From the human T2T-CHM13v2.0 reference genome, Homo sapiens: a stretch of 64,000 nucleotides of DNA. The stretch is from assembly GCF_009914755.1 (NCBI RefSeq), contig NC_060925.1. The stretch is one strand, 5' to 3'. The notes below the pieces were generated by a model. It did no database searches. It was given only the letters and a program-made list of their open reading frames with translations, and was not told the origin of the DNA. The translations under genes and the position numbers were made by a program. Positions 51,149 to 64,000 of this stretch are shown here, one piece after another. Within the stretch, counting starts at the first letter, position 1; each line of letters starts with the position of its first letter.

Positions 51149-52772
51149 CTATTATTAACTATATTCACCATGCTGTGCAATAGATCTCAAAACAAACAAA
51201 CAAACAAACAAACAAACAAACGTATTCCTCCTGAGGTCTTGTACCCTTTGACCATCATTTTCCCTATTCCCCTCAGCCCTCAGCCTCTGGTAACCACCAT
51301 TCTACTTTGTTTCTATGGATTCAATTGTTTTAGATTCTACATGCAAGTGGTAACGTGGTATTAGTCTGTGCCTGGCTTATTTCACTTAGCATAATGTTCT
51401 CCAGCTCCATCCATGTTGTTGCAAATAACAGAATTTCTTTCTTTTTCAAGGCTGAATAGTATTCCATCATTTATAAATACATTTTCTTTATTTTTTCATC
51501 CATTGATGGGGTAGACTCCAACTTGTATGCGGAATGTTAGCTGCATGGGAGTCTGGGAAATAGTTTTTATCTTTGCAGCCTCTGCAGTATGAGGAAGTGT
51601 TTGGAATGGATGTTGAAAGTCAGTTCACCATGTCTACACAGTCTATCTTTTTGGACTTTTAGGGACCTAAATCCGCTCCTTAAAATAAGAGACCCCAAAT
51701 CCCATCAGTCACATAGCTAGCTGATCCACCCTGGGTGATTATCATTCTAGTTCAGTTACAATTCTACCATAACAGCATATAATCTAAACACTAAATTAAC
51801 AAGTTACCAACAGTAATACATTTCATTATACTAGGGAAAATATGGGAGGGGAAAATGAGTTAATATCTATAAATTAACACAATAGAGCAAGGAAGAAAAT
51901 ATGAAATGCTAATATAGTGCCCGTTTCTCAGCTTTTCATGAGTTAGTTGTTTCTATTTATATATATTTCTTTCTCCACCATCCAGTCCATGATCCTTCTT
52001 CCTCAGCCAGTATATGAACTGGATTAAGTTCTTTATCTGGTGGGGTGACCCAAATCACGGAGGTAGACATTCTCTTAATTTCCACAGGGATTATCTCCTA
52101 TCCTTAGAACACATGTTTTACCAGGGCATTTGGATACCTGCTACTTCTTGCTTGCAAGATTCCAGACATGTAGAACAATGTTCTGGGAGATGTGAGATGA
52201 TTAAAGTGCCTGCAGATTAGACTGCAACAGAGCTGCAAGGGTGATATAACCCAGATGCAGGACAGTGTAATGTACTGTTGACCCTGACAGGTGAAAGTAA
52301 TCTGTTTTTGATGTTTTCTGCTATTTGGGCTAGAGAAAAAAGCATATTCCAGGTCAGTACTCATATTCAGTTGCACGACTGTAGGGGCCGGGGCAGGTGT
52401 TGATTTGCTTCATAAAGAGATTATATCTAAAATAACAGCTAAAAATCAAGTCCTGCATAGGCCAAACAAGTAAATTAAATGTGGATATGATAGGAGCCAT
52501 CATTCCTGAAATTTCTGTCTTTGATGCGGACACTAATATCCATCATTCCCTTAGGGATGCACTATCGCTTTTGGTTTATGTTTTTGGTGGGAAAGGGCAA
52601 TTTCAAGGGTTCCCTTTGCTCTTCTTACCACAACAGCTTTCACTCCATGAGTCACTCAATGTGCAGATTCTACCAGTCGCCGAGTGCGTCTACTACAACT
52701 GTGCCTAAAGGAACTGGTAATGAGTACGTGAGATCGATGCAGGCCAGAACTCCTTTTTATCACCTGACCCCC

Positions 52773-53230
52773 GTATATTAGTTTGCTAGGGCTCCCATAA
52801 CAAAGTACCATAAACTGGGTGACTTAAGTAACAGAAATTTATTGTCTCACAGTTCAGGAAGCTAGAAGTCCTAGATTTTGGCAGAATTGGTTCCTTCCGC
52901 GGGCTGTGGGGGAGGATCTGTTCCTTGCCGCTCCCAGCTTCTGATGGTTTGCTGGCAATCCTTGGTGTCCCTTGGCCTCTGCTGCATCACCCCAGTCTCT
53001 GCCTTCATCTTCACATGGTACTTAGCCTATGTGCATGTCTTTGTGTTCAGATTTCCCCTTTTTATATGTACAACAATCGAATTAGGGGGCCACCCTATGC
53101 CAATAAGACCTCATCTTAATTATATCTGCAACAACCTCATTTTCCAAATAAGGGCACATTTTGAGGTACTAGGGGCTAGGACTTCAACATATGATTTTTG
53201 GTGGAAGGGACACAATTCGACCCATAACAC
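52773..53230 (-). mobile_element. MLT1 (MLT1B/C-like) solo LTR inserted in the ERV-L internal region
   Basis: TATATTAGTTTGCTAGGGCT..AACAAAGTACCA..AAACTGGGTG..AAATTTATTGTCTCACAGTTC..CACAATTCGACCCATAACA. Confidence 0.85.
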
Positions 53231-53887
53231 CATGGAAGCCTCTATTCTAACTAGTGGACCACAAAGGCTTTTTAGGTCTCAGCATTTGTGCTGGCTTAGG
53301 GCCAGTTTCCAAGTAATCCCTAAAGGCCTGGGCATTTCCATTTCCCTAAGCACACATGCATAGTTACATGGCTTAAGATCCCTTTGGGGAAAACGAGAAG
53401 ATTTATGATATAGTTATGGTGGTATTGCTGGGTGCTTCCTCCAGAGTACCCTGCACCCCCTTTTTCAAGGGCTTCAGCTCTGAGAATTGTCTGTAAATCT
53501 CCATTTTGGTGACTCAAAACAGGCCTCTATTTGCCAGACCTGAAGATTTGTTTTGCGTTCTATAAGCCAAATAGAACCTTGGTAGGTAACCCATGTATTT
53601 CATCACTACAGCTCTGTTGCCTTGGTACTACCCCTTGGCCACTGGCACTGCAGGATCCCATCATCTCTACTGATATCAGGGATTCCTTTACAATGGTAAC
53701 ATCTCTTAGCTTCATTTCCAGCCTAGGGAAGGTACACACTACAAACTTTTCAAGATAAGGTGTTTCCCTTGTTTAAAGTACTTTTCAATTCCTTGCTGAA
53801 AGAAATAACCTCTTGGCAATTTTGAAGGGCAAAATTAGGAGGTAAGTAGGTCACACATATGATAAATCTACAAATCAATGTTTTTAG

Positions 53888-59832
<5,945 letters not shown>

Positions 59833-60251
59833 ACTGAGAATTCTCTTAAGAGCTACCTGGGACTGCCACTCCTTCTCTCCTCTGAAGCATATGACTACTA
59901 GTGACTATAATGCAGAAAAGGGCAAAGTTTTAAGAGTAAATTGCACAGTTGCTTCTAGAGGGCAAACAAAGTTAGTTTTAATCTACTGCTTCCCTATTCA
60001 GCTGACTCAGCTAATAATTCTTCAGCCTGACTACAAAGTCCAAAACAAGCCTAGCTTTGCTTCCTGTCATGCTAGGAGTCATAGGTTTATAGATGACTAC
60101 TGCGGTTGGATTTGAATACAATCCTTCTTCCCTTGGATTAGAAAAATTCAGGTCTAGAGACTGTCAAAGATGGTGCTTTGTTTCAAACACTTGGCTCTGT
60201 GGGACTATCCAAGCCAAGGAAAATGAGGTAAGTTGAATTATGACAGAAATC

Positions 60252-60257
60252 TTTATT
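60252..60257 (-). terminator. RNF19B: RNF19B polyadenylation signal AATAAA
   Basis: TTTATT on +, about 330 nt after the stop, in an AU-rich UTR. Confidence 0.8.
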
Positions 60258-60589
60258 AAAATGTGTCTTTCAGTAATATGTTTAGCATTCAATATACACA
60301 CATACATATGTACACTCTTTGACACACCTCATGGATTGCTGCCATCAGTTTAACCAATAAATTAAAACTAAAAAGAGGGAGGGGAGGGGAGGGGAACTAA
60401 CGGCAAACTTTTCATGTTTTATCTGGTAAGAAATTGTGAATTTCTCAGAATTTCCCTGGGCAAAAACCTGTGACCAGAGAATCTGTGAAATAAAATACAT
60501 AAATCTCTACCCCTTGGAAAAAAAAAAAAAAAAATTCCAAAAGATGCAGTTACAAGTGTGCTTCTCAGAACAGGAGCATTCATTCCACT

Positions 60590-61043
60590 TCATACTCTGG
60601 CTTCTCCACCTTCTGGCTTCAAGACAGTTTGTCCCTCGGCTAGGGCAGAGAGGTTCATATGGGCACTTGGGCTCGGTGCACCTTGGGCTCTGGGGGTCGA
60701 GGGGCAGGCTGCAGTATGGGAGCGGGGGGAGCCACACTCATCTGAGGTGATGTCTGGCACATCGTCTGACTGTGCATCAGAACTCTCTAGGTCACTGCGG
60801 ATGCTTTCAGGCTGGGCCAGGCTGATGTCCCAAGGTTTGCTGGCCAGGCAGTCTTTCTGTTCACAGCTTTGGTGTCTGCAGGGGGGATCCTCTTCACTGC
60901 CTCCGCCACCACTACCTTCTTCTTCATTCTCTGCCATCTGAGCATGAACATGGAGCGAGTCCTCCGTGCTGCTTCCACTCACCAGCTGATAGTGGCTTGG
61001 TTTGGCTTCAATGTCCACTTGGATTTCCATATTGTTGCATTCT
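60590..61043 (-). CDS. RNF19B: RNF19B (NKLAM, RBR E3 ubiquitin ligase) last coding exon ([26 protein letters not shown]...KPEGGEARV*)
   Basis: TCCACAG| acceptor in phase 2 matching the upstream exon; acidic/Ser-rich C-terminal tail recognised as RNF19B. Confidence 0.9.
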
Positions 61044-61173
61044 CTGTGGAGACAAAATCCACTTTGCTGAGTCATGCATGGATCATGCTAAACCTGTTGG
61101 TAAAAGCAGTTCATGGGTTCAGGATTAGGAATTTCAAAAAGATAGGTGAACAGTTAACTAGAGCTCACTTTTA

Positions 61174-61515
<342 letters not shown>

Positions 61516-62180
61516 ATGAGATGGAGAAGAGTAATTAGATCCTTTTTGCTGATTTAACTATACATGCACACGTGTGCTCAGATGCACACACACGTGTATC
61601 TCAGCCAATCTCTTTAAACATACAGAAAGAGCTTCCAAAATTCAACTAAGGGTCAGAGCCCCATGCTAGCTTACTCAAAATAGAAAAGTAAAAGCTTTTT
61701 ACTACCATGCCACAAGTAGAAGAAGCCAGAATACCTACTAGTGGGAGTACCACAATCACACCATCCCAGATACACCAGTTTCTCAAAATGAAAGAGAAAG
61801 AAGCTATGGGAATCCTATCAAGCAAAGGGCAAGCAGAAACCCTAGACTTGAAGACATCAATGAACATCAATCTAGCTCTTTAAGTTCCATGTAATTATAC
61901 ACTGTTGCAATAGCCAAGAAAGACAAAAAAAAAAAAAAAAAAAAGAAAAAATACATAAAAGGAAGAAAGAAAAGAAATCTCTAAAAATCAAGCGCTAACA
62001 AGAAGAATCAAGAGATGCCAAACACTCAAGTACCAAGAACTTGCTCAAATGAATTCACAGGTTACACTATATATCCCAGGAGATGGTACATACAGCCCTA
62101 ACATGAGGCATTGAACTTCTGAAGACCTAGTACCCAACGAAAAAATGCAACCTCTCCTGGACATCTGACTGTTCACATAC

Positions 62181-62312
62181 CTGTCCTGTGGGTTGTAGGA
62201 ACTGATTATGGAACCGGCCATAGCACGAGTGCTTGCGTTGTCACTAATTGCACCAAGACTGGCTGTGTCTTTGGGGAAAATTTCCTTTTGGACATCGGCT
62301 TGAACTTCTAAC
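62181..62312 (-). CDS. RNF19B: RNF19B penultimate exon ([44 protein letters not shown])
   Basis: TTACACAG| acceptor, AG|GTATGT donor, 132 nt; [10 protein letters not shown] and DNAST.AMAGSI motifs shared by RNF19A/B; gene continues beyond the window. Confidence 0.92.
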
Positions 62313-62945
62313 CTGTGTAAAGAGGGGACGTTCAAGTTAATATGAGACCTGGGTATTCCAAGACAGTCTGCTTCCTGGCACACATCTCTTCCATTACTCT
62401 CTTGCAAATTGTGGTTGTCTGTCTGATCTTCTCCAACTGTCAAACAGCGCAAATAGATGCCCATACATTTTTTCTCTTAAATATCTATTGAAATCGTCCC
62501 CTCCTTTCTATCCCCACAGCTACTGCTGAACTTCAGGTTTTCATCATCTCCTGCCTGGATGACTAAAACTGGGCTCCCTCTCCAGTAGCCCTTAAGTCCA
62601 AGTCAAACAACCTCTAGAACAGTGCCAGTGTGAATAAAGACCCAATCACTCTAACAATTCTCTAACTCTTGGCTCCCTACTGCCAACAGGCATTAAGGTC
62701 TTCCTGATCTGCCAGGAAGCTCTCTGTCCAGTTCTATCACTCCCTATAGATCCGAAATCATAGTCACTCTGAATTCTTTCTTTCTTTAAATACCTATACA
62801 TTTTATACTTCCATGACTTTGCACATGCTATTCTGTCTCTCTAGAAATTTCCTTTCTCTACCAGACAAACTTATACTCAGTCCTTAACAACAAAGGAACT
62901 ATCACTTCCCCTCATTATCCCAGCAAACCATTCACTTCTTGCTAA

Positions 62946-63255
<310 letters not shown>

Positions 63256-64000
63256 CCTGCCTACTTATTATTATGCATCTCTCACTTGTCTGTTAACTCC
63301 ACAAAAGGAGAGACCACAACTCATACACACTTTACCTTCCCTGCCTTGCACATAATAGGAAATCAAACATTTAACAATCAAATTACCTCCAGGGAATGAG
63401 ACTGAAGGACATACAGGAGCCAACCTCTTCCCTCCTCTTGGAGCAGCAAACTTTCCCAATAGTGTCTCAGAGCCCATAACTATTGCCTTTCTTGGCTCCA
63501 ACATCACTTTGTTGCACAGTTAAGTATTTCCTTATAATGGGTTTCACAGTCAAACCCATCTGACTCATTCACTTCCTATAAAATAAAGGCTTTCACAGAA
63601 CTAGAACAGCTGGACTGGCTAAGCTGCAGTTTCAGCAAGTCAGTCTCCAATTATGTCTGTCTGCTTATTTACAGGGGTGTTGGTTTTAAGAAAGCACAGC
63701 AGTGAATATGCCAGCATGTGGGGGCGGGATCCCCTGATAAGAGACAACCAGAGTCATGAGATGCACAGACGGGTCAGTAGCAGCCTGCAGCTGCACATTC
63801 AAGCAGCTTCCATCCTACTGCCTGAGCCTTTGCTTTGCTGCTCCAGCTTCAGGTGCCCTTCAAAAATGTGCCAAGGCCCAGGGAAATGAGGGAATGCAAT
63901 GGAAAGTGCACAGTGTCAGAGACCTGGCTTCTAGTTTCAGGTCTGCCACAGAATCACTCTGAGTTGGAAGAGTCTTTCAGAAAGGGCTCCTACTTAGGTG

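Overview
Alu-dense primate genomic DNA, recognisable from the encoded proteins as the human HPCA-TMEM54-RNF19B locus (chr1p35, from recall). It holds the complete hippocalcin gene HPCA (+; non-coding exon 1 in a CpG island, 3 coding exons, 193 aa) and the complete TMEM54 gene (-; 6 coding exons, 222 aa). These two genes are tail-to-tail, with poly(A) signals 8 nt apart. The last two exons and 3' UTR of RNF19B (-) lie at the right end. The ~35 kb between TMEM54 and RNF19B is mostly transposon-derived: Alus, L1, L2/MIR, a Charlie1>Tigger1>MER7 nest, a decayed two-LTR ERV-L provirus (Leu PBS, gag, pro-RT, PPT) and, nested in its 3' LTR, a 3'-truncated HERV-T/S71 (LTR6-like LTR, Thr PBS, long leader, MA-p12). 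Best leads: two short templated copies of local DNA (122 bp and 43 bp), a candidate 50-nt uORF-bearing cassette exon in the HPCA 5' UTR, a phased double-octamer/E-box module in HPCA intron 2, three candidate 3' acceptors for the RNF19B C-terminus, and an ERV LTR plus splice donor pointing at TMEM54. I see no evidence of a wholly new gene system. Most ORF-track entries are spurious or repeat-derived. Repeat subfamily names come from recalled consensus sequences, not a search.
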